Shown here: positions 18,123-26,877 of the stretch, in pieces
How the letters are laid out: each line of letters starts with the position of its first letter
Position numbering within the stretch: the first letter of the stretch is position 1
Assembly: GCA_039026915.1 (NCBI GenBank)
Contig: JBCCLJ010000005.1
Coordinates: 9,654-73,653, forward strand
Length of the DNA stretch: 64,000 nucleotides
Direction: 5' to 3'
Source of the DNA: Acidobacteriota bacterium
GTDB taxonomy: Bacteria > Acidobacteriota > Thermoanaerobaculia > Multivoradales > Multivoraceae
Notes under the pieces: generated by a model
What the model was told of the DNA's origin: nothing
The model's input: only the letters and a program-made list of their open reading frames with translations
Databases searched by the model: none
Translations under genes and position numbers: made by a program

Positions 18123-19901
18123 TTGCCTCTCGATCAGATTCTGCTGCTCCTGGTGATCGCCTTCACGATGGCCGCCTTCGTGCGTGAATGGCTGCCCATC
18201 GATCTCGTCGCTCTCAGCAGCCTTGCACTCATGCTTCTCCTCGGTCTCGTGACCCCCGAGGAGGCCGTCAGCGGCTTCTCCAACAAGGCCGTCATCACCG
18301 TGATGATGATCTTCATCCTCAGTCAGGGCCTGCTGAAGAGCGGCCTGATCAGCAAGCTGGCTCACCGCCTGGCCGGTATGTCCGGCGCATCCCACTGGCG
18401 CGGCACGGTCCTCCTGCTGACGGTCGCCGGCATCCTCTCGGCGTTCATCAACAACGTCGCAGCGCTGACGATCTTCATGCCGGTGAGCATCCACATCGCT
18501 CACCACTACCGCGTGAGTCCGTCGAAGGTCCTCCTGCCGCTCTCCTACGCGACGATCTTCGGCGGCGGCTGCACGCTCATCGGCACGTCGACGAACCTTC
18601 TGATCAGCTCGCTCTCGGACGACTACGGTTTTCGGCCGTTCACGATGTTCGAGTTCGTCAGCCTCGGATCCCTGCTCTTCGGCATCGGCATGGTCTACAA
18701 CGTGCTCGTGATGATGCGTTTTCTGCCGGACCGTGAGAGTGAGGGTTCCCTCGAGAGCCGCTACCTCGGCGGCTACCTCACGGAGCTCGAAGTTCTGGAA
18801 GGCTCGAAGATCGCCGGCAACACGATCATCGACGAGCAGGTGAACGAGAAGTTCCACGTCAGCGTGCTGCAGGTGCACCGCGGAGACGAGAACCTGCCGG
18901 AGATTCACCGGGTCGAACTGGAACCTGGAGATCGACTCGTTCTGCAGGGCGGCGTCGACGACATCGTCTCGTTCTCCGAGCAGCGCGGCCTGCGACTGCT
19001 GCGCAAGGGCGAGGCCGAGGAAGAGATCGAGACGGGCGACAACGTTCTCGTCGAGGTGCAGGTGAGTCCGTCGTCGCGACTCGTCGGCGGCAGTCTCAAG
19101 AGCCTCGATTTTCGACGCCGATTCGGCGCTCAGGTGGTCGCGCTACGCCGAACCGGCGAGATCATCCGGGAGAAGCTCGGCGACGTGCGCCTCGAGCGCT
19201 GGGACACACTGCTCGTCTTCGGTCCTCGACGCAAGGTCGAGTCCTTCGCTGCCCGTGACGACTTCGTCAACCTGCAGGAGCTGAGCGTGCATCTGCAGCT
19301 GCGCCGCAACTGGTGGATTTCGCTGAGCATCATGCTCGCGGTGGTCGGCGTCGCGTCCTTCGGTGTGATGGACATCATGACCGCTTCGATCCTCGGCGCC
19401 GTTGCGCTCCTCGTCACTCGTCGCCTGACGATGCAGGAGGCCTACGCCTCGATCAACTGGACGGTCATCTTTCTCGTTGCTGCAATCCTGCCGATGGGCA
19501 AGGCGATGGTGAACACCGGCCTTGCCGGCCGCGTCGGCGACCTGATCCTCGCGGCGAGCGCCGGCTCCGGCACGTTCGTGCTGCTGAGCATCCTCTACCT
19601 CTCGACGACGATGCTCACCGAGATCATGTCGAACAACTCGACCGCGGTTCTCATGGTGCCGGTCGCGATTTCGATCGCGGAGAGCATGTCGACCGATCCG
19701 TTTCCGCTGATCATCACCGTCGCCTTCGCCGCGGCGGCGAGCTTTCTGACGCCGATGGGCTACAAGACGAACGCCATGGTCTACGGCCCGGGCGGCTACC
19801 GCTTCCTGGACTACATCAAGTTCGGTGCGCCGCTGAAGCTCATCTTCTGGGGAGTTTCGATGGCCATCATCCCGATGATCTGGCCGTTGCAAGGAATCTG
19901 A
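18123..19901 (+). CDS. SLC13/DASS-family permease with central TrkA-C (RCK_C) domains
   Basis: 592 aa, polytopic. N-terminus LLLLVIAFTMAAFVREWLPIDLVALSSLALMLLLGLVTPEEAVSGFSNKAVITVMMIFILSQGL is typical. The soluble middle (EVLEGSKIAGNTII..., VEVQVSPSSRLVGGSLKSLDFRRRFGAQVVALRR) looks like two TrkA-C domains. TTG start. Confidence 0.8.
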   Translation: MPLDQILLLLVIAFTMAAFVREWLPIDLVALSSLALMLLLGLVTPEEAVSGFSNKAVITVMMIFILSQGLLKSGLISKLAHRLAGMSGASHWRGTVLLLTVAGILSAFINNVAALTIFMPVSIHIAHHYRVSPSKVLLPLSYATIFGGGCTLIGTSTNLLISSLSDDYGFRPFTMFEFVSLGSLLFGIGMVYNVLVMMRFLPDRESEGSLESRYLGGYLTELEVLEGSKIAGNTIIDEQVNEKFHVSVLQVHRGDENLPEIHRVELEPGDRLVLQGGVDDIVSFSEQRGLRLLRKGEAEEEIETGDNVLVEVQVSPSSRLVGGSLKSLDFRRRFGAQVVALRRTGEIIREKLGDVRLERWDTLLVFGPRRKVESFAARDDFVNLQELSVHLQLRRNWWISLSIMLAVVGVASFGVMDIMTASILGAVALLVTRRLTMQEAYASINWTVIFLVAAILPMGKAMVNTGLAGRVGDLILAASAGSGTFVLLSILYLSTTMLTEIMSNNSTAVLMVPVAISIAESMSTDPFPLIITVAFAAAASFLTPMGYKTNAMVYGPGGYRFLDYIKFGAPLKLIFWGVSMAIIPMIWPLQGI

Positions 19902-19904
19902 GTC

Positions 19905-22106
19905 ATGAAGTCGACCTTCTGGATTTCGCGATCCGCGCTGTTGCTCATCGCGCTGTGTGCTTCGGCCTGCTCTGACGCCGGAGCGCCGAGCGCACCGCCG
20001 ATCGACGGCAAGGCGCTGACGCTCGAACGGCTCTACTCTCAGCCGAACCTCATCGGCACGGCGCCAACTGCGCCCGTCTGGTCGCCCGATGGCCAGCGGC
20101 TCGCCTTCCTGTGGAACGACGAAGGTCTCAACTTCCGAAGTGCCTGGGTCGTCGACACCGACGCTCCCGACGCTCCGGAACGATGGACCGAGCTCGAGGC
20201 GCCGAGCGCTGCCGAGCTCGACGACCCGTATGCGGCGGCGGTCGAGGCCGAGCGCGTCGAGCGAGAGCCCGGCATCACGTCTCTCCAGTGGCACCCCGAC
20301 GGCGAGCGACTGGTCTTCGCCCGGCGAGCGAGCTGGTTCGTCGCCGCGAAGGGTGCCGAGCCGCAGCCGCTGGTCGACGGCGCGCGGAATGTAACCTTCT
20401 CGCCGGACGGTGAGCGTCTCGCCTTCCTTCGAAGCGGCGAGGTCTGGGTCGCTGCCGCAGCGGGGAGCGGAGCGAGGCAGCTGACGTCACTCTCCGCGGA
20501 CGGTGTCGGCGTCGCTTCGTTTCGGTGGGCCCCTTCCGGCGACCGCCTCGCCGTCGTGGTCGACGATCGATCCGAGGTCACCGAGAGGCTGATTCCGGAC
20601 TACCTCTCGGAGGAGACCTCCGTCACTCCGATACGCCGCGCCTATCTCGGCGAAGCCGTACCGACGCAGAGCGTCGCCGTCGTGGCCCTGACCGGCGCTG
20701 CCACGAAGCTGAGCCTCGCCCAGCCGGAGCCGCCGCTGGTCTCCAGCGTGCGCTGGTCGCCGGACGGCGAGCACCTCGCCGTGGACACGAGCGACCTCTA
20801 CGCCAAGGACCGCCGCCTCTTCCGTGTCGATCCGAACGGTCGCGAGCCCTCGCAGCTCCTTGCGCAGGACGCCGATGACGAGAACGAGACGCTTTACTTC
20901 TGGCGCGCCGAGTGGTCGACCGACGGCGAGAGCGTCTTCTTCCTCTCGGATCGCGAGACCGACTTTCACGTCTGGGCCGCGCCGCGTGAGGGGGGCGACG
21001 CCGTCGCCTGGACTTCGGGCGAGGGTGCCGTCGCCGAGTTCTGGCCGACGGCGGAGGGACTCTTCTACGTCGGCCATCGCGGCGTCGCCGAAGAGCGGCA
21101 TCTCTTCTTTGTCGGTGCACCGGGTGAGGAACCGGTGAAGGTGACGCAGTCCTCCGGGACGCACGCACCGGTCGTCGCGCCTGGGGGAGAGTGGGCTGCG
21201 AGCGCCTTCTCCGCGGAAGACACACCGCCCGACCTGTTGCTCACCGAGGTCGAGTCAGCTCGTGAAGTACGCGTCACCGATTCGCCGCTGGCCGAGTTCG
21301 ACGACTACGCCTGGGCGACCCCCGAGTACGTCACTTTCACCAGTCACGTCGACGGCACGACGCTGCACGGTCGTCTCACCGTGCCGCCCGGTCTCGACCG
21401 GTCGAAAGGCAGAGTGCCGGCGATTCTCGGCTCGGTCTATACCGACAGCGTGCGCAATCAGTGGGGGGGCCGCACCGCCCACCCCACCTGGGGCCTCGAC
21501 CAGTACCTCGTTCAGCAGGGCTACGTCCTGCTCAACGTCGACATGCGCGGCAGCTGGGGCCGAGGCCGCGAGCACCGTCGCGGGATCCGCCTCGACTACG
21601 GCGGCATGGACATCGAAGACCTGGAGAGTGGCGTGCGCTACCTGGAGTCGCTGGGCTTCGTCGACATGGACCGCGTGGGCCTCTGGGGCTCGAGCTATGG
21701 CGGCTTGATGACGTCGATGTCGCTCTTCCGCAAGCCGGGACTCTATGCTGCCGGCATCGCGGGCGCCCCGGCGACCAACGTCTGGCACGCACTCCCGGCA
21801 CAGATGACCGTCATGATGCGTCCGCAGGATCAGCCCGAGGAGTACGCCGATTCGTCGCCCTTCCTCCACGGTCACGGCCTCGAAGACCCGCTGATGATCA
21901 TCCACGGCATGCGCGATCGCGTCGTGCTCTACAAGGACTCGCTGACCCTGGTGCAGCGCTTGCTGCAGATGGACAAGGACGTCGAGCTGGTCACGCTGCC
22001 GAACGCCGGACACGGCTGGGACAACGAGGGCTTGGCACAGACGCGCTTTGCCTTTCGGCGCATGGTGGACTTCTTCGACCGGCACTTGAAGGGGGAAGCG
22101 GAGTGA
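19905..22106 (+). CDS. S9 family serine peptidase (prolyl oligopeptidase/DPP-like) with N-terminal beta-propeller, lipoprotein
   Basis: ATG lies 3 nt after the transporter stop. Lipobox LIALCASAC. Repeated WSPDG/FSPDG propeller motifs. Catalytic elements GLWGSSYGG (Ser), IHGMRDRVV (Asp), NAGHGW (His). Confidence 0.85.
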   Translation: MKSTFWISRSALLLIALCASACSDAGAPSAPPIDGKALTLERLYSQPNLIGTAPTAPVWSPDGQRLAFLWNDEGLNFRSAWVVDTDAPDAPERWTELEAPSAAELDDPYAAAVEAERVEREPGITSLQWHPDGERLVFARRASWFVAAKGAEPQPLVDGARNVTFSPDGERLAFLRSGEVWVAAAAGSGARQLTSLSADGVGVASFRWAPSGDRLAVVVDDRSEVTERLIPDYLSEETSVTPIRRAYLGEAVPTQSVAVVALTGAATKLSLAQPEPPLVSSVRWSPDGEHLAVDTSDLYAKDRRLFRVDPNGREPSQLLAQDADDENETLYFWRAEWSTDGESVFFLSDRETDFHVWAAPREGGDAVAWTSGEGAVAEFWPTAEGLFYVGHRGVAEERHLFFVGAPGEEPVKVTQSSGTHAPVVAPGGEWAASAFSAEDTPPDLLLTEVESAREVRVTDSPLAEFDDYAWATPEYVTFTSHVDGTTLHGRLTVPPGLDRSKGRVPAILGSVYTDSVRNQWGGRTAHPTWGLDQYLVQQGYVLLNVDMRGSWGRGREHRRGIRLDYGGMDIEDLESGVRYLESLGFVDMDRVGLWGSSYGGLMTSMSLFRKPGLYAAGIAGAPATNVWHALPAQMTVMMRPQDQPEEYADSSPFLHGHGLEDPLMIIHGMRDRVVLYKDSLTLVQRLLQMDKDVELVTLPNAGHGWDNEGLAQTRFAFRRMVDFFDRHLKGEAE

Positions 22107-23782
22107 GACCCAGCGAACGGCGACGGTTCTCCCTCCGAGCGCAGGGCGTCTGCGCTTTCGCCCTCCTCGCTCTCATACTCCTTTCCACCCCCCTCCTTTC
22201 CCAACCCAACAACCCCGGCTGGGACGACCTCGTGACGCTCGACCGCGAGCTCGCGAGGCTTCAAGCCTGGCCCCGCAGCGAAGGGAACGACCCGTCGGCG
22301 TCACTCACCGCCGAGGCGATCGCCGCCCGTTCCGACGCAGCGGCGTCGCTTCGCACACGCCTCGAAGCTCTCGACCCGCAGGAGTGGTCCGTCGCCGGGA
22401 AGGTCGACTACCTCGTGGTCTGGGCGCAGCTCAACGGCGTCGACTTCGAGCACCGCGTCACCAGACCCTGGCAGCGCGATCCGATCGTCTACCACTCGCT
22501 CGTGCAGCGGATTCCGTACGCCGAGCTGCCGCTCGAAGGCGCTTCGGCGAAGCGCTTCTCCGATCAGCTCCGCGCCGTACCGGCCATCGTCGAACACGCC
22601 AAGGCGAACCTCACGGAGCCGCTCGGCGAGCTCGCCGACCTCGCGCTCTTTCATCTCGAGAACTTCGACGGCGTCGGGCAGGGGCAGCCGTACCGCGACG
22701 ACCCGCCGGCGGGCACGCTCGGCTGGTACGACGATCTTTGCGGCCGCGTCGCCGAGCATGCGGCAGCGGAAGTCGAGTCCTGTGCCGTCGCTCGCGAGGC
22801 GGTTGCTTCGTACCGCGACTGGCTCCGGTCGGAGCGCTCCTCGATGGAGGCGAACGCCGGCATCGGCGCAGAGAACCTCGAATGGTACGTGCGCAACGTG
22901 CGGCTCCTGCCCTTCACAGCAGCGGAGATGAGCGTGCTCGGGCAGCGCGAGTACCACCGCTACCACGCCGCCTACCGGATCGCGCGCAACCGCAACCGCA
23001 CTCTGCCGGAGCTCGAGCTGACGAGGAGCAAGGAGCAGCACCAGGAGCGCACGCGCGAATCCGAGCAGCAGATTCGTGCGCTCGTCGCGGCGCAGGAGCT
23101 GCTGACCTTCCCCGAAGGTACGCCGGCCGAATTCGACACGGACACCTTCTGGAGCCCACGCGCCGCGACCGACCGGCACTTCTGGGAAGAGCTGCAGTTT
23201 CGCAACACCTTCAACAATCACATCCACGCGTCGGTCCCGGGCCATCGCTTCGACGGCGTCGTTGCGCGCGGCGTCGAGAATCCGATCCGTCGGCGCTCGC
23301 GCGACAGCTCGCGCGCCGAGGGCTGGGCGACCTATCTCGAAGAGATGTTTCTGCTCGCCGGACTGACGCGGGACGTGCCGCGCGCCGACGAGCTCTTCTA
23401 TGTGGCGTTGATGAAGCGTGCGAGCCGCATCTACGCCGAGTTCGGCATGCACGCCGGCACGCTGAGTCTCGACGAGGCAAACCGCACGATGATCGACACC
23501 GTGCCTTACATGGAGGAAGACCTCGGTCGTTACGACCTCGAGGGCTACCTGCGGCGTCCGGGCTCGGGCAGCGGCTACATCATCGGCAAGGTGCAGCTCG
23601 AGCAGCTGCTCTCCGAGCGTGCTCTGCAGCTTGGCGACGACTTCCATCTCGGCACGTTCCACGACGAGATTCTTCGGGCTGGGCTGATTCCCTTCACTCT
23701 CTTTCGCTGGGAGCTGCTCGGGATGAGCGATGAGGTCGCGCCGCTCTGGAAGGCGGCGACGGGGCGGGAGCTCACCGAGTGA
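22103..23782 (+). CDS. DUF885 family protein
   Basis: GTG 22103 overlaps the S9 stop (GTGA). Signal-like FALLALILLSTPLLSQP. C-terminal YLRRPGSGSGYIIGKVQLEQL plus HIHASVPGH resemble DUF885. The 773-aa track ORF is an upstream extension that overlaps the S9 gene. Confidence 0.7.
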   Translation: MRPSERRRFSLRAQGVCAFALLALILLSTPLLSQPNNPGWDDLVTLDRELARLQAWPRSEGNDPSASLTAEAIAARSDAAASLRTRLEALDPQEWSVAGKVDYLVVWAQLNGVDFEHRVTRPWQRDPIVYHSLVQRIPYAELPLEGASAKRFSDQLRAVPAIVEHAKANLTEPLGELADLALFHLENFDGVGQGQPYRDDPPAGTLGWYDDLCGRVAEHAAAEVESCAVAREAVASYRDWLRSERSSMEANAGIGAENLEWYVRNVRLLPFTAAEMSVLGQREYHRYHAAYRIARNRNRTLPELELTRSKEQHQERTRESEQQIRALVAAQELLTFPEGTPAEFDTDTFWSPRAATDRHFWEELQFRNTFNNHIHASVPGHRFDGVVARGVENPIRRRSRDSSRAEGWATYLEEMFLLAGLTRDVPRADELFYVALMKRASRIYAEFGMHAGTLSLDEANRTMIDTVPYMEEDLGRYDLEGYLRRPGSGSGYIIGKVQLEQLLSERALQLGDDFHLGTFHDEILRAGLIPFTLFRWELLGMSDEVAPLWKAATGRELTE

Positions 23783-24972
23783 CTCTGCCGCTCGAGGGCC
23801 TGCGGATCGTCGATCTGACGGCGGTCGTCTCGGGCCCGATGGCGACGCAGATGCTCGCCGACCAGGGCGCCGACGTCGTCAAGATCGAGCCGCTGCCGGC
23901 GGGCGAGCTGAACCGACTGCTCGGCACGAGGCGTGGCCCGGTGACGTCGCTCTACGAGACGATCAACAAGGGCAAGCGCTCCGTGGGTCTCGATCTCAAG
24001 GACGAGCGCGGTCGCGAGATTCTGGCGCAGCTCATCGAAGGCGCCGATGCGCTCGTCGAGAACTTCCGCCCCGGCGCCCTCGAGCGTCTCGGCTTCTCGG
24101 AGGCCAGGCTGCGCGAGCTGCAGCCCGAGCTCGTCTTTGCCTCGATCACCGGCTTCGGTCCGGACGGCCCCTACTCGGGTCTTCGCGTTTACGACGCCAT
24201 CGTGCAGGCCGTCTCGGGCATGGCCGCGATCCAGGGCAATCCCGAGACCGACGTACCCGAGCTCGTCCGCAATCTGGCCTGCGACAAGATCACCTCGCTC
24301 ACGGCGGCTCAGGCGATCACCGCTGCACTGCTGCACAAGGTCCGTACCGGTAGAGGCTCACGCGTCGAGCTGTCGATGCTCGACGCCTCGATCGCCTTTC
24401 TCTTTCCGGACGGTTTCAACAACGAGATGTTCCTGGGCGACGAAGAACTCGGCGACGCGGAGATGACGCCCCGTCTCGACACCTATCGCCCCTACGCGAC
24501 GAGCGACGGCTCGGTGACGCTGATGATCGTCTCCGACAAGGACTGGGCGGCGACCTGTCGCGCGGTGGGCAGGGAAGAGCTGATCGAGCACCCGCTCTTT
24601 CTCGACGCTCGCCTCAGGCGCCAGAATCCAGGCGAGCTGCGAGCAGCCATGGAAGAAGCGCTGGCGCCGCTACCGACCGATCACGTCGTGCACCGCATGG
24701 AAGAGGAAGGCGCACCCTGTGCTCGCGTCAACTCGCGCGACCAGGTGCTCGATGATCCGCAGGTACGTCACAGCGGAATCCTGCACGTGCACCGCCACCC
24801 GCACGCGGGTCGCATGATCGCGGCGCGAGGGCCGGCGATCTTCGATGGCGAGCGTCAGGTGCCGGAGACGCCGGCGCCGCTCTTCGGAGAGCACACCGAC
24901 GAGGTGCTCGAGGAGCTCGGTTTGAACTCCTCGAGCCGAGCGGCGCTCCGTCAGTCGGGTGTCATCGCCTGA
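23779..24972 (+). CDS. family III CoA-transferase (CaiB/BaiF family)
   Basis: GTG 23779 overlaps the DUF885 stop (GTGA). N-terminus PLEGLRIVDLTAVVSGPMATQMLADQGADVVKIEP is the family hallmark. Confidence 0.85.
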   Translation: MTLPLEGLRIVDLTAVVSGPMATQMLADQGADVVKIEPLPAGELNRLLGTRRGPVTSLYETINKGKRSVGLDLKDERGREILAQLIEGADALVENFRPGALERLGFSEARLRELQPELVFASITGFGPDGPYSGLRVYDAIVQAVSGMAAIQGNPETDVPELVRNLACDKITSLTAAQAITAALLHKVRTGRGSRVELSMLDASIAFLFPDGFNNEMFLGDEELGDAEMTPRLDTYRPYATSDGSVTLMIVSDKDWAATCRAVGREELIEHPLFLDARLRRQNPGELRAAMEEALAPLPTDHVVHRMEEEGAPCARVNSRDQVLDDPQVRHSGILHVHRHPHAGRMIAARGPAIFDGERQVPETPAPLFGEHTDEVLEELGLNSSSRAALRQSGVIA

Positions 24973-24989
24973 CGCCTTCGGCTGTCTCG

Positions 24990-26153
24990 TTAGAACGGCG
25001 GTCGCGCAAAGACCGAGAAGCGAGTCCTGACGATCTTGAAGTTGGAAGTACCCAAGCTCAGCGGGCTCGTCGAGAACACCCAGTCTTCGGTCACGGCAAA
25101 GAATGGGCCGAGCATCTCGTCCAGGCAGCAGGGCGGGACCAGCTGATCGTCTTGCAACCATCCAGAGGGCACCCTGCGGTAGCGAAGTATGGCACCGTGT
25201 TCTGTACCGAGGTAGCCGCCGACGGAGAATTCAGGCTTGCCGACGTAGACGACGGGGCCGTCCGTTCCGATCTCGTGAAAGCCGTCCGTTCCCGGGATCG
25301 CGTCGAAGGCGTCATAGTAGCCGTTGGTGCCGCGCAGACTGTGGAACACGGTGTCCGACGGTTCATCTCCCAGAACGAGCGCGCCCCCGCCCATATCGAT
25401 CGTGATCCCGTTACCTTCGTGCTCGTTGGGTGTTTGCAGGATCTGCCAGAGCACCCAATTCTGGTGCGCTGTGCGCCGGAGAATGGCAATGCCCGATTGG
25501 AAAGAGCCGGAGGCTCGGCTCACCGGAAAGGCCGCGTAGTCACCGTCGATGTCGACGGCCTCTCGGCCACCCCAGAAGCCGAAATCGACGGTCCAGCCGC
25601 CCCATGACGGGTCGAGTCCACCCCAGACCTTGAGCCAGGCGCCGAGCTGCAAGTCGTACTCGAAGAGGTCTACGGCAGGGCGCCTCGAGCCCCGTGCCCC
25701 GCAGACCTCGTAAGCGATCAGCAGTCTGCCGGAGGAGTCCGCAGCAAGACGGTCGATGTTTCCGCTGACGGTGAGGATCGGCTGGAAGCTTCCTCCGACC
25801 GCGTGAAGTCTGGAGTAGACCGGCCTGGGGCTGCAGGCTTGATCTCCCGAGAAGGCCTGAGCGTAGTAGGTCGCGGCGGCGTCGATGGCTCCTACGGCGT
25901 TTTGCTTGTCTTCGCGATACGTGACGACCCAAGCGCCGGTGCGCGAGCTCCGCTCCATGATGTCTACGACGTCGCCCCGGAAGATCACGGCTCGATCGCC
26001 GTGAGCATCGACCTCCCAGGTCGAGGTGTCGATCACTTGGGTGTGATCGGGCTGCCAGTCGTTCGCCAGGGCGGGCATCGCCAGGCAGGACAGGGAAAGA
26101 GTGGCCAGAAGAGTTCTTGTGCGCTTCGAGCGGTCGGTTGCTGTTCGGCTCAT
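24990..26153 (-). CDS. hypothetical secreted protein (no family recognised)
   Basis: Best start is ATG 26153 (MSRTATDRSKRTRTLLATLSLSCLAMPALA, a signal peptide). Trp/Gly-rich, beta-rich-looking sequence. Divergent from the ECF sigma gene. Confidence 0.5.
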   Translation of the reverse strand: MSRTATDRSKRTRTLLATLSLSCLAMPALANDWQPDHTQVIDTSTWEVDAHGDRAVIFRGDVVDIMERSSRTGAWVVTYREDKQNAVGAIDAAATYYAQAFSGDQACSPRPVYSRLHAVGGSFQPILTVSGNIDRLAADSSGRLLIAYEVCGARGSRRPAVDLFEYDLQLGAWLKVWGGLDPSWGGWTVDFGFWGGREAVDIDGDYAAFPVSRASGSFQSGIAILRRTAHQNWVLWQILQTPNEHEGNGITIDMGGGALVLGDEPSDTVFHSLRGTNGYYDAFDAIPGTDGFHEIGTDGPVVYVGKPEFSVGGYLGTEHGAILRYRRVPSGWLQDDQLVPPCCLDEMLGPFFAVTEDWVFSTSPLSLGTSNFKIVRTRFSVFARPPF

Positions 26154-26297
26154 GGGTTGCTCCCGTAGGGTTCGATGGCGTGGGCGCAGGGCGCCCTCTC
26201 CTTTGCACCAACTCCGGAAGCCGAGTAAGCGAACGCTCCTCAAGTCCTAGAATGACCAGGCAGGGGGAAGAGGGAGGCACCCCGGGGCAGGGAACAC

Positions 26298-26873
26298 TTG
26301 AACAGAGACCACTTGGACAGGGACCTCGAATCGACGGCAACGCTGATCCGGCGCATCCAGGAGGGTGACCTCGAGGAGCGTGAGCGCCTGGTTTCCCGCT
26401 GCTTGAGCCCGCTCAAGAGCTGGGCGCGTGGCCGGCTGCCGGCGCATGCGCGCGGCCTCGCTGACACCGACGATCTGGTCCAGGTGACGCTCATGCGCGC
26501 CGTCAACAACCTCGACCGCTTCGAGCCGCAGCGCGAAGGCGCCTTTCTCGCTTACGTGCGGACGATTCTGGTCAACGCCGTGCGCAACGAGCTGCGTCGC
26601 GCCGGTCGCAAGCCACCGCCCGACCCGCTCGAGGTGGAGCCGAGAGCCTTCGAGCCTTCGGTGGTCGATCGGCTCGTGAGCGAAGAGACGCTGGCCTCCT
26701 ACGAGTTCGCCCTCGAACAGCTCCCACTCGGTCAACGACAGGCGGTCATTCTGCGCGTCGAATTTGGCATGAGCTTCCCCGAGATCGCCGTCGAGCTCGA
26801 CGAGTCCTCGGCCGACTCGGTGCGCATGAAGGTCTCGCGCGGGCTCGCGAAGATCGCCCGCACCATGGAGTGA
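26298..26873 (+). CDS. ECF-type sigma-70 family RNA polymerase sigma factor
   Basis: LIRRIQEGDLEERERLVSRCLSPLKSWARGRL...DDLVQVTLMRAVNNLDRFEPQREGAFLAYVRTILVNAVRNELRR is region 2. LPLGQRQAVILRVEFGMSFPEIAVELDESSADSVRMKVSRGLAKI is the region 4 HTH. TTG start is uncertain (alternative TTG at 26313). Confidence 0.85.
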   Translation: MNRDHLDRDLESTATLIRRIQEGDLEERERLVSRCLSPLKSWARGRLPAHARGLADTDDLVQVTLMRAVNNLDRFEPQREGAFLAYVRTILVNAVRNELRRAGRKPPPDPLEVEPRAFEPSVVDRLVSEETLASYEFALEQLPLGQRQAVILRVEFGMSFPEIAVELDESSADSVRMKVSRGLAKIARTME

Positions 26874-26877
26874 GCCC

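Noticed and set aside
21461-23782. Track ORFs with long N-terminal extensions (21461..23782 773 aa; 1334..4117 927 aa; 56960..58549 529 aa; 33295..36774; 29389..31137).
   Set aside because: The extensions overlap the preceding well-supported gene or are Arg-rich nonsense. Internal starts with signal peptides, an RBS or stop/start overlaps give proteins of the expected family length.
26154-26297. ECF-type autoregulatory promoter (GGAAC-N16-17-CGT-like) upstream of the sigma gene.
   Set aside because: The only GGAAC lies at about 26291, immediately before the proposed start codon. GGAAGC at about 26215 has no matching -10. No confident call is possible without the group-specific promoter motif.
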